A DNA stretch of 17,827 nt from Nanobdellota archaeon (GCA_034722435.1 JAYENX010000011.1:1-17827), one strand, 5' to 3'. Shown: positions 6,628 to 16,927, counted from the stretch's first letter. The notes: a model not told the origin generated them from the sequence alone. Program-made: numbers and translations.

Positions 6628-7645
6628 AAGGAGGTAATAGTTTTGGTTTATTAAGTTCTCCTTTTCTGAGCATACCCCTGACCCATACTAAATCTTGGAT
6701 TCCAACTTTTCCTACATATAAAGATTTGAAATCTCCATCTTGTTTTGCAAAAGTTTTGATAAGGTAATATCCTTGTAGATATACTTGATCTTTTGCATAT
6801 CCTCCCCCCCTGTGAGCTCTTAAAGTAAGTTCCCATGAATCTGAGTCATTAAGATTGTGAGATTTTAGTCGATCAAAAGTTTCTTTAAATGTAAAGTCTC
6901 TACACATAGAATCTACAGCAATTAATCGGGCAGCATAACTTATCATTGTTTCAGGCAGCATTGTTCCTGTAATCTCTTCAAAGTAAGTTGTGAGGCCTTC
7001 CTCGGTTGGTAAGTAGCCCGCAGTACATTTGGCAAGTATCGGATATGGTTGTTCATAACCGTTGACGGCCCTTACTGTGTGAACCCAAAATTCGTGAACT
7101 GGGATTCTTTTAAGATCTATATTTGTAAAGTTTCTGTCTTCGCAAACTGCAATTTCTTTATGCTCAGGTTTTGCAGTTGTAGTTTTTCTTTTATGGTATA
7201 TGACTTTCCAATCAAGACCTTGCGCTGTGAATTCTTGTTCTAATGCTTCTTTGATTTGATCTTGCGGTATGATTTTAGGAGCTTTTTTTCTTGAAGTTGT
7301 ACTAAGAATTTTTTCTGCTTGTTGCACTAAAATGGTGCTTGGTTTATTGTAAAGTTTAATGGATGCATCTTTTGCGAGTTCTGTTCCTCTATGTGTGACT
7401 ATTAAGTTTTCTAAAAATATTTCTTTTCTTATATTTTCGTAAACCCATCCAATTATGTTATTAGGAAATCTTAGATTTGAAAGTTTTGTGGCGATAGATA
7501 TAGGCTCATAGTTTAAATCAGAATATTGAAAATTAGGATTATTTCCTTTAAGAAAACTTATTTTTTCTTCATCTGCATTGCAAGGAGTTATATTATTTAG
7601 AATTGATATGGTTTTTCCAGCATTAAGTAGTATTTCATCTATCAT
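6614..7645 (-). CDS. DUF1704 / MATCAP-family (QEGLA-type) zinc carboxypeptidase
   Basis: HEFWVH (HExxxH) followed by RAVNG, TEEGL and RGGGYAKDQVYLQG, the motif set of the DUF1704 family. Confidence 0.85.
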   Translation of the reverse strand: MIDEILLNAGKTISILNNITPCNADEEKISFLKGNNPNFQYSDLNYEPISIATKLSNLRFPNNIIGWVYENIRKEIFLENLIVTHRGTELAKDASIKLYNKPSTILVQQAEKILSTTSRKKAPKIIPQDQIKEALEQEFTAQGLDWKVIYHKRKTTTAKPEHKEIAVCEDRNFTNIDLKRIPVHEFWVHTVRAVNGYEQPYPILAKCTAGYLPTEEGLTTYFEEITGTMLPETMISYAARLIAVDSMCRDFTFKETFDRLKSHNLNDSDSWELTLRAHRGGGYAKDQVYLQGYYLIKTFAKQDGDFKSLYVGKVGIQDLVWVRGMLRKGELNKPKLLPPFIPS

Positions 7646-7684
7646 GTTTGTACTTAATTAAAGAATAATATAAAATTAATGTTT

Positions 7685-8284
7685 TTATCTGCTAGCGTCT
7701 GCTTGTCTTTCCATTTCAAGCTTTTTTGAAATAGCTGCAGAGTTAGGACTTAGCTTGTGAGCGTTGATAATCTCGTCAGCTAGGCATTCTTCAATAGATT
7801 TTTTAGAATTGAATGATTTATGATAAGAAGTTTGTGTGAATAATCTTAAAGCAAAATCTATTCTTCTTTGTGGAGCGCATTCTACAGCTTTAGGGTAACG
7901 AGCGCCGCCATATTCAATTGCGATAATCTCTTCTCTTGGAGCTGCATTAACAAGTGCTTCTACAAAGATTTTGATAGGGTTTTCGCCTGTTCTTTTTTCA
8001 ATAATTTCAAAAGCTCTTTTAACAATTCCATAGGCTGTTGCGCCTTTACCAGTTATACTAGAAGAACTTTTGAAATGGTGTTTACTCTTATGGCCAGGGT
8101 TCATAACTTTGTTGATAAGTCTTTCAACAATGAAGTTCTTGGATTTATGGAACTTTGTGCCTATATGTTTTGCACCTGTTTTTGGAACTATCTTAGCTGA
8201 AAGGTTGATATAGTTCTGAACACCTACATCTTTAATTACAATGCCTGTTACAGGCCATATATTGAAAGCTTTTATTTCTACCAT
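7685..8284 (-). CDS. rps7: 30S ribosomal protein S7 (uS7)
   Basis: IVERLINKVM, ENPIKIFVEALVNAAPREE, VECAPQRRIDFALR, ECLADEII, ERQADASR. Confidence 0.98.
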   Translation of the reverse strand: MVEIKAFNIWPVTGIVIKDVGVQNYINLSAKIVPKTGAKHIGTKFHKSKNFIVERLINKVMNPGHKSKHHFKSSSSITGKGATAYGIVKRAFEIIEKRTGENPIKIFVEALVNAAPREEIIAIEYGGARYPKAVECAPQRRIDFALRLFTQTSYHKSFNSKKSIEECLADEIINAHKLSPNSAAISKKLEMERQADASR

Positions 8285-8721
8285 TATTTTCTTGCCTTTT
8301 CTAGCTTACCGTGAAGTAAAGCTTTTAGTGATTGATCGTTAACTTTGATTACTTGCCATCTTACACCCGGAATATCGCCTTTAGCTCGTCCTTGCTTACC
8401 GCCAATACATTCAACAATAACTTCGTCGTGTTCGTCGCATAGCTTAGTAGCTCCTTCTCCTGGTAAGAATGCTGTAATCTGTTTACCGTTTTTGATAAGT
8501 TGTACTCTTGCGCATTTTCGCATTGCAGAGTTTGGCTGTTTAGCTTCTAATTGAACTTTTTCAAGAACAATACCTTTTGCTTGTGAAGATGTACCTAAAG
8601 GATCAGATTTTTCTTTTAATTTGAAAAGTTTTCTGACAAATTTCTTACTATGCTTTCTACCAACTTTTCTACGTTTCTTGAGCTTACTGCCCGCGCCTAA
8701 TCCTCTTGCTTTTTTAGCCAT
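8284..8721 (-). CDS. rps12: 30S ribosomal protein S12 (uS12)
   Basis: [41 protein letters not shown]; GAGGT SD; TAATG overlap with rps7. Confidence 0.98.
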   Translation of the reverse strand: MAKKARGLGAGSKLKKRRKVGRKHSKKFVRKLFKLKEKSDPLGTSSQAKGIVLEKVQLEAKQPNSAMRKCARVQLIKNGKQITAFLPGEGATKLCDEHDEVIVECIGGKQGRAKGDIPGVRWQVIKVNDQSLKALLHGKLEKARK

Positions 8722-8746
8722 TTTATACCTCTCTGAAAAAAGGTTT

Positions 8747-8754
8747 TATTTAAA
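8747..8754 (-). promoter_or_regulatory. Possible internal TATA box (TTTAAATA) upstream of rps12
   Basis: Located in the 51-nt nusA-rps12 spacer, 26-33 nt before the ATG. Confidence 0.35.
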
Positions 8755-8772
8755 AAGCTTTCTGTTCAGTAT

Positions 8773-9189
8773 TTAAACAACTTTAATTTCATCAAGCTCG
8801 AAATACCTTTTTACTATGGATTCGTTATTTCTTAGTACTTTAGCGTTTTTTCCAATAAGAAGTCCCCTTGAATTTGAGTCGGGACTTGTGATAGTGATTG
8901 TGTTGTCTTTGTGTTCTATGTTTCTTGCTTTTATCGGGAAAATAACGCGTTTTATGAATTCAATCATGTCTTGATTGAATTCGATAATTCTTATCTTCTT
9001 TTTGATCATAGTTTCAATACGTTTTACGTTAACAGCTTTTTTACCTATTGCTTTACCGATTTCGCCTTCCTGTACAACGAAGACTAGGCGTTCTTCTTGT
9101 TCGAAACAATCTTTGACTTTAGATCTTGTGATGTTCTCAAATAGAGATATAAATTTTATAATGTTCATGTCGTACTTGATTTTTATCAT
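8773..9189 (-). CDS. nusA: Archaeal NusA (KH-domain transcription factor)
   Basis: DCFE...LVFVV..GEIGKAIGKKAVNVK and RGLLIGKNA GxxG KH loops; conserved position after rpl30e. Confidence 0.95.
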   Translation of the reverse strand: MIKIKYDMNIIKFISLFENITRSKVKDCFEQEERLVFVVQEGEIGKAIGKKAVNVKRIETMIKKKIRIIEFNQDMIEFIKRVIFPIKARNIEHKDNTITITSPDSNSRGLLIGKNAKVLRNNESIVKRYFELDEIKVV

Positions 9190-9470
9190 TTTAGAACAGA
9201 GATAAGAGAAATAGCAAACGGTTTTTTACAAATAATTCCTAGTTCGTCGTTTGGCTGTTTCAAATGTACAACTTCAACTTTTGCAAGATCTGCGTAATGA
9301 TTGATATCGTTTTTCATGTTTTCAGGGCAGTTAGAGGTTACAAAGATTTTTGAAATTTCTCCTGTCCTGAGTAGTTTAATAGAACGTTCACTGCCTATAA
9401 CGGCTTTACCATTCTTTAAAGCTTCTTTAATTTCTTCAATTGCTTTGCTTATAACAACTTTTTTTGCCAT
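9186..9470 (-). CDS. rpl30e: 50S ribosomal protein L30e (eL30)
   Basis: GKAVIGSERSIK, FVTSNCP, ELGIICKKPFAIS; AGGAG SD; ATGA overlap with nusA. Confidence 0.96.
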   Translation of the reverse strand: MAKKVVISKAIEEIKEALKNGKAVIGSERSIKLLRTGEISKIFVTSNCPENMKNDINHYADLAKVEVVHLKQPNDELGIICKKPFAISLISVLK

Positions 9471-9493
9471 TTTAATATCTCCTTGAATCAGTC

Positions 9494-10627
9494 TTATTTA
9501 AACTTTGTTATTAAATTAGGTAATCCTGTACCTACTGGAACTGGTTGGTTAAGCATAACATTCTCAACAACTGAGTTAAGTTTGTCAACTTCGCCGCTTA
9601 ATGAAGCGTTTATTATGTGACGTATAGGGGTTTCGAAAGATGCTCTTGCAAGAACGGATGCTTTTTCGCTAACAACCCCATACCTCGTAATACCTTTAAC
9701 TGCTCCACCTGCACACATAGTGTCAGCGATAAGCATGATATGTCTGATGTCAACGTTTAGACCTTGACTTTCAATTACTTTTAAAACTTCATTAATAATT
9801 GCTTGTCTTGCTGATTCAATTCCTAGAACGGATGCAACTTCATAAATGTCGTTTGAAGCTGTTCTTTTCTCGTCTACAAATTCAAGTTGAAGGGTTTCTC
9901 TTAGGTTAACTCCTGCCGTGATAATCACGAACTCTTCACCTCGTTTAACAGGTAAGACTTGGGTAATTCCTTTTATGCCCTTTACATATGTCTTTTTTAT
10001 TTTTTCTTTAATCTTGTAAAGTTCATTAATATTAATATCTTTAATCTTTGGTTTGAATACAATCTTATCATCTTTTTTCTTTATAGCAATAGTTTTTAAC
10101 ATTTTTGAGATTGTAGTAATCACTTCGTCATCTTTCATATCTATTTCTGAAACTTTTTCAGAATCTAAAGTAACTTCAATAGTACTTTCAGCAATATTGA
10201 TAGAAATTTCTGATGAGACTTCTTCAAGACTTGTTTCTTTTATTGAAAGTGCAAGTTTTTTGATATCTTTACCTGATTTAAACGGCGATTTAAGATAGAC
10301 TTCCATCATTGGTGTTGAGATAGTTTTTCTTCCGTCAAGTATTTCAATAAGTCTTGGAAGACCCATCGTAACGTTCATCTCTGCAACACCTGCAAAGTGG
10401 AAAGTGTTAAGTGTCATTTGTGTACCTGGTTCACCTATACTTTCTGCAGCTACTAATCCTACAGATTCTCCTGCTTCAACTTTTGAATTTAAGTATTCAA
10501 GATGAACTAGTTCAAGAATTTCTTTAAGTTTTGATTTTGTAATTCCTTTAGGAAGGCTTTCTTTGACATCCTCTAAAATTTTTGCAGGAATTTTGTTTTT
10601 ATATTCTTTGAATAGGCTTTCGTCCAT
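9494..10627 (-). CDS. rpoA2: DNA-directed RNA polymerase subunit A'' (Rpo1C)
   Basis: [57 protein letters not shown]. Confidence 0.98.
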   Translation of the reverse strand: MDESLFKEYKNKIPAKILEDVKESLPKGITKSKLKEILELVHLEYLNSKVEAGESVGLVAAESIGEPGTQMTLNTFHFAGVAEMNVTMGLPRLIEILDGRKTISTPMMEVYLKSPFKSGKDIKKLALSIKETSLEEVSSEISINIAESTIEVTLDSEKVSEIDMKDDEVITTISKMLKTIAIKKKDDKIVFKPKIKDININELYKIKEKIKKTYVKGIKGITQVLPVKRGEEFVIITAGVNLRETLQLEFVDEKRTASNDIYEVASVLGIESARQAIINEVLKVIESQGLNVDIRHIMLIADTMCAGGAVKGITRYGVVSEKASVLARASFETPIRHIINASLSGEVDKLNSVVENVMLNQPVPVGTGLPNLITKFK

Positions 10628-13203
10628 TATTTATTCACCACTGAATTAATTATATTTTTGACATTGATAATGCCGTTTTCTGATTTTGAAACATCAACAC
10701 TGTCTTCTCCGTATTCGAATTGAACAATTTTTTTGCTGGCGTCTCTTACAGTATTATCATATTCAACTTTTAAGTCTTGCATTGCATTAGCAAGTCTTCT
10801 ATAAAGGTAACCTGATTTAGGTGTTCTTAATGCAGTATCCATCTGTGAATCTCGACCAGTCATGCTCATGAAAAAGAATTCGTGAGGTCTAAGACCTGAT
10901 TTGAAACCTCGACTGATAAAACCGTGTGCTTCAGGGCTGAGATCATTTTTCTTGAAACATGAAAGAGTTCTTCCTGAGTAACCTTTTTCAATTCTTTTAC
11001 CTCTAAGAGCTTGTTGACCTACACATGCAGACATCTGAGCAATGTTAAGTGAACCTCCTGCACCGCCAGATTTTGTCATTGCAAGCATACCTGTCATTTC
11101 TGTTATGCTTAATGTAACTTTTTTACCAATTTCGTTTCTAGCGTGGTTAAGAGTTTCAAGGATTTTTAGTTCTAAAGTTTCAACTGCTGTTTTACCAGGG
11201 AAAGTTTCTAATTCACCTTTTTGAAATTCTTCAATTAGTTTTTTAACTCCTTTATCTGTTTCTTCGTAGATAGAAGTAACAGTTTTAATAGCTTCAGGAG
11301 GTAAGTCTATATCTGAAAGACATGTTGAAAATCCTTTGTGAATTAAGGTGTTAATACCTAATTGGAATATTTGGTTAAGGAAATTTATTGCAAATTTTTC
11401 GCCGTATTTTTTGTGAAGGTTTCTAATAAGTAAACCTTGGCCTTGACCTAGTAATCCTTTATCCATGGAACCTGATATTAATTTACCTTTTTTGATAATC
11501 ACGTCTTCACCAGTTTTAGATACTCCTTGAAAGTCAAAGTCTTTAGGAATAATGGTAGAGAATAATTCTTTACCTTTGATTATATCTTTATTAGGAAGAT
11601 CTGAAAAATCTGAGAAATTCATATCAGCAAGTATTTGTACTGCTTTTTCTCTTGAAAGTTCAAAGTCTGTAGTAAGGATGAAGTTTCCTGATAAAGCGTC
11701 TTGAATTCCTCCCATAACTGATAAACCGTATCTTGGAGATATGATTTGGGTCTGGATAAGCATTAATATTTCTGCTTCTGCTCTTGCTTCTTCAATTTGT
11801 GGAATGTGAAGGTTCATCTCGTCACCGTCAAAGTCTGCGTTGTAAGGTGCACATACAGCAGGGTTAAGTCTAAATGTTAAGCCAGGGAGAACCCTGATCT
11901 TGTGACACATCATACTCATTCTGTGTAGGGATGGTTGTCTGTTAAATATTGCAATATCGCCATCCATTAGATGTCTTTCAACTATATATCCTGGTTGAAG
12001 TTCTTCAAGAAGTTGTTCTTTTGTTTCATCGGTAATTTTTTTCTTTTTACCATCAGGTCTGATAATGTAGTTAGAACCTGGATACTTTCCTGGTCCTCGT
12101 TCAACAAATTTCTTTAAATGTTCCATGTTCCATTCTGTAGTTCTTTCAGGAATGGTAAGTTTCATTGCAACTCGTTTAGGAACTCCAACTTCGTTAAGTT
12201 TGATTTTTGGATCTGGAGAGATGACTGTTCTCGCAGAAAAGTTTGTTCTTTTACCTGCTAAGTTATGTCTGATTCTTCCTTCTTTACTCTTAATCCTTTC
12301 GGATAAAGTTTTAAGGGGTTGACCAGAACGGTGTCTTGCAGGTGGTAATTGTGAAACGCTATTATTGAAAAATGTTGTCACGTGATATTGTAAAAGGTCC
12401 CATAAATCTTCAATGATGATTTCTGGAGCTCCTGCGTTTATGTTTTCGAATAATCTTTGATTAATTCTTACGATGTCACCAAGTTTGTGAGTAAGATCGT
12501 CTTCACTTCTTTCTCCTGATTCAAGCGTGATACTAGGACGCATTGTTACTGGAGGTATTGATAGTACTGTAAGAATCATCCATTCAGGACGGACAGATTT
12601 TGGATCAAGACCGAATATTAAAAGGTCTTCATCAGGAATTTTTTCAAGTCTGCTTCTTACTTCAATAGGAGATATTCTTTTATCATTCTCTAAGAATGTT
12701 GTAGGTTTTTCTATTGTAATTTTTGGTTGTTTAGCTTTACAATGAGGACATTTAGTGATAGCTTTCAAAGTTGTTACAGTTTTTTTAGCAACTTTTCTTT
12801 TTGTAAGTATCTCTATTTTAGCTTCTCCAGTCTCGTCAAGAAGAATTTTGTTAATTTTACCTCTAGGTAATAAAGCTTTTCCGCATTCTTTACAGGTGCC
12901 TTTCAAAAGGTTAAGTGCGATTTCAACAAAGTTAATATGGACAACAGGTCGAGCGAGTTCAATGTATCCAAAATGACCTATACATTCTTTGAGTTTTGAA
13001 CCGCAAGTTTTACATTTTAGACCAGGGTCAATAACGCCAAGACGAATATCCATTAGACCACCGTCTACAGGGTAACCTTCTTTGTCGTAAAGTTCTGGAG
13101 TGACCACCTTGGCAGATGCCATTTTTTTAATCATCTTTGGTGAGAAAACACTAAACTTAATACTTTCAATTTTTTTGAATACATAGTTTTGTTGGAATTC
13201 CAT
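10627..13203 (-). CDS. rpoA1: DNA-directed RNA polymerase subunit A' (Rpo1N)
   Basis: CKTC...CIGHFG zinc motif, [16 protein letters not shown], catalytic [18 protein letters not shown]. Confidence 0.99.
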   Translation of the reverse strand: MEFQQNYVFKKIESIKFSVFSPKMIKKMASAKVVTPELYDKEGYPVDGGLMDIRLGVIDPGLKCKTCGSKLKECIGHFGYIELARPVVHINFVEIALNLLKGTCKECGKALLPRGKINKILLDETGEAKIEILTKRKVAKKTVTTLKAITKCPHCKAKQPKITIEKPTTFLENDKRISPIEVRSRLEKIPDEDLLIFGLDPKSVRPEWMILTVLSIPPVTMRPSITLESGERSEDDLTHKLGDIVRINQRLFENINAGAPEIIIEDLWDLLQYHVTTFFNNSVSQLPPARHRSGQPLKTLSERIKSKEGRIRHNLAGKRTNFSARTVISPDPKIKLNEVGVPKRVAMKLTIPERTTEWNMEHLKKFVERGPGKYPGSNYIIRPDGKKKKITDETKEQLLEELQPGYIVERHLMDGDIAIFNRQPSLHRMSMMCHKIRVLPGLTFRLNPAVCAPYNADFDGDEMNLHIPQIEEARAEAEILMLIQTQIISPRYGLSVMGGIQDALSGNFILTTDFELSREKAVQILADMNFSDFSDLPNKDIIKGKELFSTIIPKDFDFQGVSKTGEDVIIKKGKLISGSMDKGLLGQGQGLLIRNLHKKYGEKFAINFLNQIFQLGINTLIHKGFSTCLSDIDLPPEAIKTVTSIYEETDKGVKKLIEEFQKGELETFPGKTAVETLELKILETLNHARNEIGKKVTLSITEMTGMLAMTKSGGAGGSLNIAQMSACVGQQALRGKRIEKGYSGRTLSCFKKNDLSPEAHGFISRGFKSGLRPHEFFFMSMTGRDSQMDTALRTPKSGYLYRRLANAMQDLKVEYDNTVRDASKKIVQFEYGEDSVDVSKSENGIINVKNIINSVVNK

Positions 13204-13213
13204 TTTTCGTACC

Positions 13214-15016
13214 TTAATATTTATTTTTAAGTTTTAGTCTTGGACATATGCCGAGTGTTTTGAACTCGTCAAGGATTAACTTGAAAGCATATGCAATTTC
13301 GATGTTACTTATTTCAACGTTTTCACCACAAATTGGGCAGTAACGTTTATTTTTGTACTCGTCATAAACAGCTATCATTCCGCATTCTTCACAAACTGGA
13401 ACAACTGTTTTGTCAGAGTCGAATCTTTCTTTAAGTAGTAATGAAGCACCGTGAGCTACAAAAGTGTCTTTCTCCATCTCTCCAAGTCTAAGACCTCCTT
13501 CTTTTGCACGACCTTCTGTTGGTTGTCTTGTTAGTAGCTGGATTGGACCTCTAGCTCTTGATTGTAGTTTGTTTGCAACCATGTGTTTAAGTTTGAGATA
13601 GTACATGTTACCTATGAAGATTTTAGCTTGAAGTTGTTCTCCGGTTTTTCCGTTATACAAAGTTTCAGTTCCATTTTCTTTAAAACCAAGGCTAAGAAGT
13701 TCTTTTCTGATATCTGCTTCTTTCTCTGTTTCGAAAAGAGTTCCGTCAATGAATCTTCCTGAAAGTGCACCAGTTTTTCCACCAATAAGTTCAATAAGGT
13801 GTGCAATAGTCATTCTTGAAGGAATACCGTGCGGTGAAAATAAAATGTCGGGTGTTACTCCTGTTGTAGTGAATGGCATATCAGTATCTTTAACAATTCT
13901 TGCAATGACCCCTTTTTGACCGTGTCTGGATGTAAATTTATCCCCAATCTCAGGAATTCTTTGGTCACGTACACGTACCTGGATAAGTTTGTTACCTTCT
14001 TCGTTCTCTGTTAAAAGTACAAAATCGACAATTCCTGCTTCTCCATGGTGCATTGATAAGGATGATTCTCTTCTAGTACTAGATGCAAGATTGTATTCGT
14101 CCATGTTGCTAAGGAATCTTGGAGGAGATGTTTTTCCAATGATAACATCTTCTTCTCCTACTACTGCTTCAGGATATACTATTCCGTCTTCTTCAAGGAA
14201 CCTATAATCTTGTTCACTTTTATACCCTTTAACTTCTTTATCGGGAATACCTACTTCATCAACTAGACCGCCAGTGTATCTTAGTTCTTCTGCGACTGCT
14301 GGTTTAAAGTATGTTGATCGTGACATACCTCTATCTATAGAGGATCTGTTAATAACAATAGCGTCTTCCATATTGTAGCCCTCGTAACTCATGATAGCAA
14401 CGATTATGTTTTGACCAAATGGATGTTTATCGTAATTAGATATCTTTGCCATAAGTGTTTGACATATTGGCATGTGCGGAGTTTGAAGTATATTAACGTC
14501 AGTATCAAGTCTCACGAAATAGTTTGCTGCATACATACCTAAAGCTTGTTTCTGATTTTTGGAACCTTGGTTAAGTCTAACGCTATGATTGAAATTTCCA
14601 AATGGAACTAATGAACCGCAAAGTCCTAGTATTGCCATAGGTGAAATTTCTAAATGTGTATGTTCTTCTGTTAAATCTTCGGGGAAAACTGCCACTAAAG
14701 CGTTTTCTTCTTCAGAAGCGTCAAGATATTCAATAACTCCTTGTTTAATCAGGTCGCTCCAAGTGATTTCGTTTTTTTCAAGTTGTTTAATGTGTTGTTC
14801 TGTGATTAATGGTTGACCTTCTTTAACGACAATGATTGGTCGTCTAGCTCTTCCTTTAGAAGATTCAATGTGAATTTCATTAGAGTCTTCTTTATAGAAT
14901 ATGTTTACGTTATGTGAAAGATTACCTTTTCTTCTTTCATCTTTGAAAGACTCTAAAAATATTTTAGGGTCTTCAACAGTTCCTATGAATTTGTAATTGA
15001 TATATACTTCTGCCAT
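13214..15016 (-). CDS. rpoB1: DNA-directed RNA polymerase subunit B' (Rpo2 C-terminal half)
   Basis: GYNMEDA, GDKFTSRHGQKG, NPH-like SPHGIPSRMT, LKHMV, GGLRLGEME, C-terminal CEEC..CPIC zinc motif; GGTGA SD. Confidence 0.99.
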   Translation of the reverse strand: MAEVYINYKFIGTVEDPKIFLESFKDERRKGNLSHNVNIFYKEDSNEIHIESSKGRARRPIIVVKEGQPLITEQHIKQLEKNEITWSDLIKQGVIEYLDASEEENALVAVFPEDLTEEHTHLEISPMAILGLCGSLVPFGNFNHSVRLNQGSKNQKQALGMYAANYFVRLDTDVNILQTPHMPICQTLMAKISNYDKHPFGQNIIVAIMSYEGYNMEDAIVINRSSIDRGMSRSTYFKPAVAEELRYTGGLVDEVGIPDKEVKGYKSEQDYRFLEEDGIVYPEAVVGEEDVIIGKTSPPRFLSNMDEYNLASSTRRESSLSMHHGEAGIVDFVLLTENEEGNKLIQVRVRDQRIPEIGDKFTSRHGQKGVIARIVKDTDMPFTTTGVTPDILFSPHGIPSRMTIAHLIELIGGKTGALSGRFIDGTLFETEKEADIRKELLSLGFKENGTETLYNGKTGEQLQAKIFIGNMYYLKLKHMVANKLQSRARGPIQLLTRQPTEGRAKEGGLRLGEMEKDTFVAHGASLLLKERFDSDKTVVPVCEECGMIAVYDEYKNKRYCPICGENVEISNIEIAYAFKLILDEFKTLGICPRLKLKNKY

Positions 15017-15023
15017 TGAATTT

Positions 15024-16511
15024 TCACCTAACGCTCTTTAATCCTAAATTTTTGATATTTTTCATGATTTCTTCTTCATTTGTTTTTTGAGATATACTGC
15101 AAAGTAATGCGAGATTTTTTCTTAAACCAATATTTGTACCTTCTGGAGTTTCAACTGGACAAAGTCTGCCCCAATGTGTTGAGTGAAGTTCTCTTGCTTC
15201 AAAGTTTTCTTGTGAAGTGCTAAGAGGTGAAACTACTCTTTGAAGATGTGATAATGTTTGAAGATGGTTAAGTCTAGCAATTCTTTGACTGATACCTTTT
15301 CTTCCGCCAACCCAGTTACCTGTTGCCATAGATGAGTACATTCTTGAAGTAAGAAGTTTCTCTCTGATAATTACTTTTATTGAAGGGAATTTACCTCTCT
15401 TAACAATTCTTTGGAAATTGTATAAAAGGTCTCCAATAAGTACTTTGATATTTACTCTTAGTAAGTCTGCTAAAAGGTCGCCTGAAAGTTTAAGACGTTT
15501 ATTCATATAATGGTCTTTATCGTCAACCTTAATTTCTTTAGTTGAGACCATAATAAATTTCTTAAGGATTTTGCATAAATTGTATGCTTTGAAAATTCTA
15601 TCTTCTTGACTTATGCCTAAATGAGGAATAAGATATTTGTCAAGGATTTCTTGCATCCTTTCAACTCTAATTTCTTTAGCTTGTGTGATGCCTATCTTTT
15701 TTGCAATATAATCTAAAGCGTCTTCTTCTGTTTTAATATCTACAAATTCGAATAAGTTTACAAATATGTCGTCATATTGTTTTTCTTCGGAGATGAATCT
15801 CATAATTTCTTCATCTTTTAATAATCCTAAAGCTTTAATAACGACTATTAAAGGAATTCTTTTTACTCTTGTGAAAGTAAGATAGAAAATACCGTCTTTC
15901 ATTTTTTCAACTGTGTGCGGTATCTTATATGAACCACGTTCAGAGAACAATCTGCCTACATATTCTGATACCCCGATTGAAGCTTTGCTAACAAGAAGTT
16001 TGTTTGCTGCAAGATCTTCAATATTGATGAGTACTTTTTCTGAACCATTAATAATGAAGTAACCACCTGGATCATCAGGATCTTCGTTTTTCTCAATAAG
16101 GTCGTCTCTGGATAATTTGTAAAGGTGACAATATTTAGATTTGAGCATGATTGGCAAGTTTCCTATTTGTGTAGTGAAACTTTCTCTTTGAACTCCGTTA
16201 ATATGTGCAGAAACTTCTATGAACATAGGTGCAGAGTATGTTATTTTTCTTAATCGTGCTTCTGAAGGGTAGATAGGCCTTTTTGAACCATCTGCTTCAG
16301 TAATTTCTGGTTTTTGTACCCATACTTTGTCAAGTTTTATTTTGAATTCGTCTATATCTTGAGGAATGATGGTTGGTTCAACTTCTTTATTTTCATCAAT
16401 GATTTTTTGAAGTTCTTCTTCAACAAGGTTGTTGAATGATTCAATATCTGAATCTATAAATACTTGTTCTTCGAAATGTTTTTTGATAAGAACTTGTCCA
16501 GGCTTATACAT
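15024..16511 (-). CDS. rpoB2: DNA-directed RNA polymerase subunit B'' (Rpo2 N-terminal half)
   Basis: PSEARLRKITYSAP, DPGGYFIINGSEKV, HWGRLCPVETPEG. ATG at 16511 is preferred over the start at 16520 because the GAGGTG SD is correctly spaced; overlaps the rpoH 3' end. Confidence 0.98.
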   Translation of the reverse strand: MYKPGQVLIKKHFEEQVFIDSDIESFNNLVEEELQKIIDENKEVEPTIIPQDIDEFKIKLDKVWVQKPEITEADGSKRPIYPSEARLRKITYSAPMFIEVSAHINGVQRESFTTQIGNLPIMLKSKYCHLYKLSRDDLIEKNEDPDDPGGYFIINGSEKVLINIEDLAANKLLVSKASIGVSEYVGRLFSERGSYKIPHTVEKMKDGIFYLTFTRVKRIPLIVVIKALGLLKDEEIMRFISEEKQYDDIFVNLFEFVDIKTEEDALDYIAKKIGITQAKEIRVERMQEILDKYLIPHLGISQEDRIFKAYNLCKILKKFIMVSTKEIKVDDKDHYMNKRLKLSGDLLADLLRVNIKVLIGDLLYNFQRIVKRGKFPSIKVIIREKLLTSRMYSSMATGNWVGGRKGISQRIARLNHLQTLSHLQRVVSPLSTSQENFEARELHSTHWGRLCPVETPEGTNIGLRKNLALLCSISQKTNEEEIMKNIKNLGLKSVR

Positions 16512-16758
16512 TGATAACACCTCTATAATATTCTGAAGTAATTGCAGTTACACTTTCTCTCACTATTTTCACAACATCTCCTTCTTTAACTTCCATACCT
16601 GCAAGTGAAGGATCGATAAGGTTTATTTTAGGAAGTTCATTGAATGTTATTTTATATTTAGAAAAGAGGTTTTTTCTCTCTTTATCACTTAAAATTGAGT
16701 GTTTAGGTTTTAATATGTGATGTTTGATGACCAATGCCGCTTTTGTTTTTCTTGCCAT
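16504..16758 (-). CDS. rpoH: DNA-directed RNA polymerase subunit H (Rpo5), 84 aa
   Basis: HILKPKH..LPKI..DP..GDVVKIVRESVTA...YYR; GAGGGG SD before ATG 16758. The ORF-track extension to 16848 runs into tRNA-Lys and is an artefact. Confidence 0.95.
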   Translation of the reverse strand: MARKTKAALVIKHHILKPKHSILSDKERKNLFSKYKITFNELPKINLIDPSLAGMEVKEGDVVKIVRESVTAITSEYYRGVINV

Positions 16759-16804
16759 ATAGTTCCCCTCTGTAATATGAAATAATGAAATGGGCCGGAC
16801 GGGA

Positions 16805-16818
16805 TTTTCGTTTGAAAC
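16805..16818 (-). other. tRNA-Lys T-loop intron (59/60), 14 nt
   Basis: GTTTCAAACGAAAA; central helix UUCG/CGAA; bulges AA^G and AA^U. Confidence 0.9.
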
Positions 16819-16840
16819 TTCGAACCCGCGACCACTCGAT

Positions 16841-16853
16841 TTCTTCAATGAAT
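16841..16853 (-). other. tRNA-Lys anticodon intron (37/38), 13 nt
   Basis: ATTCATTGAAGAA; central helix CUUU/GAAG; bulges UA^A and AA^A. Confidence 0.9.
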
Positions 16854-16871
16854 TAAAAGTCGAGTGCTCTA

Positions 16872-16891
16872 ATGCCCGAAGTTTATCTTCT
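16872..16891 (-). other. tRNA-Lys D-loop intron (19/20), 20 nt
   Basis: AGAAGATAAACTTCGGGCAT; central helix GCCU/GGGC; outer helix GAAG/CUUC; bulges GG^A and AU^U. Confidence 0.88.
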
Positions 16892-16927
16892 CCAGGCTGA
16901 GCTACCGGCCCTGTGTTGAGTACAAGG

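Larger units (their letters stand above)
16791..16911 (-). tRNA. tRNA-Lys(UUU) with three BHB introns
   Basis: Removing 16872-16891, 16841-16853 and 16805-16818 gives the 74-nt cloverleaf GGGCCGGTAGCTCAGCCTGGTAGAGCACTCGACTTTTAATCGAGTGGTCGCGGGTTCGAATCCCGTCCGGCCCA; anticodon at 16855-16857; no encoded CCA. Confidence 0.95.

Noticed and set aside
6804-6810. C7/G7 homopolymer in the DUF1704 gene as a phase-variation site
   Set aside because: It encodes the family-conserved RGGG motif and the frame is intact.
3387-14816. Short plus-strand ORFs (3387, 3611, 4482, 7049, 7868, 8345, 8975, 9301, 10053, 11042, 12125, 12527, 12755, 13989, 14589) and same-strand alternative-frame or antisense ORFs (13612, 6651)
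   Set aside because: They lie wholly or almost wholly within well-supported genes, have no initiation signals or motifs, and are typical shadow ORFs.
13214-16511. Split rpoB and rpoA as unusual features
   Set aside because: Standard arrangement in many Euryarchaeota and DPANN archaea; no inteins or frameshifts seen.
16759-16848. 30-aa N-terminal extension of RpoH in the ORF track
   Set aside because: It overlaps tRNA-Lys; the SD and homology support ATG 16758.
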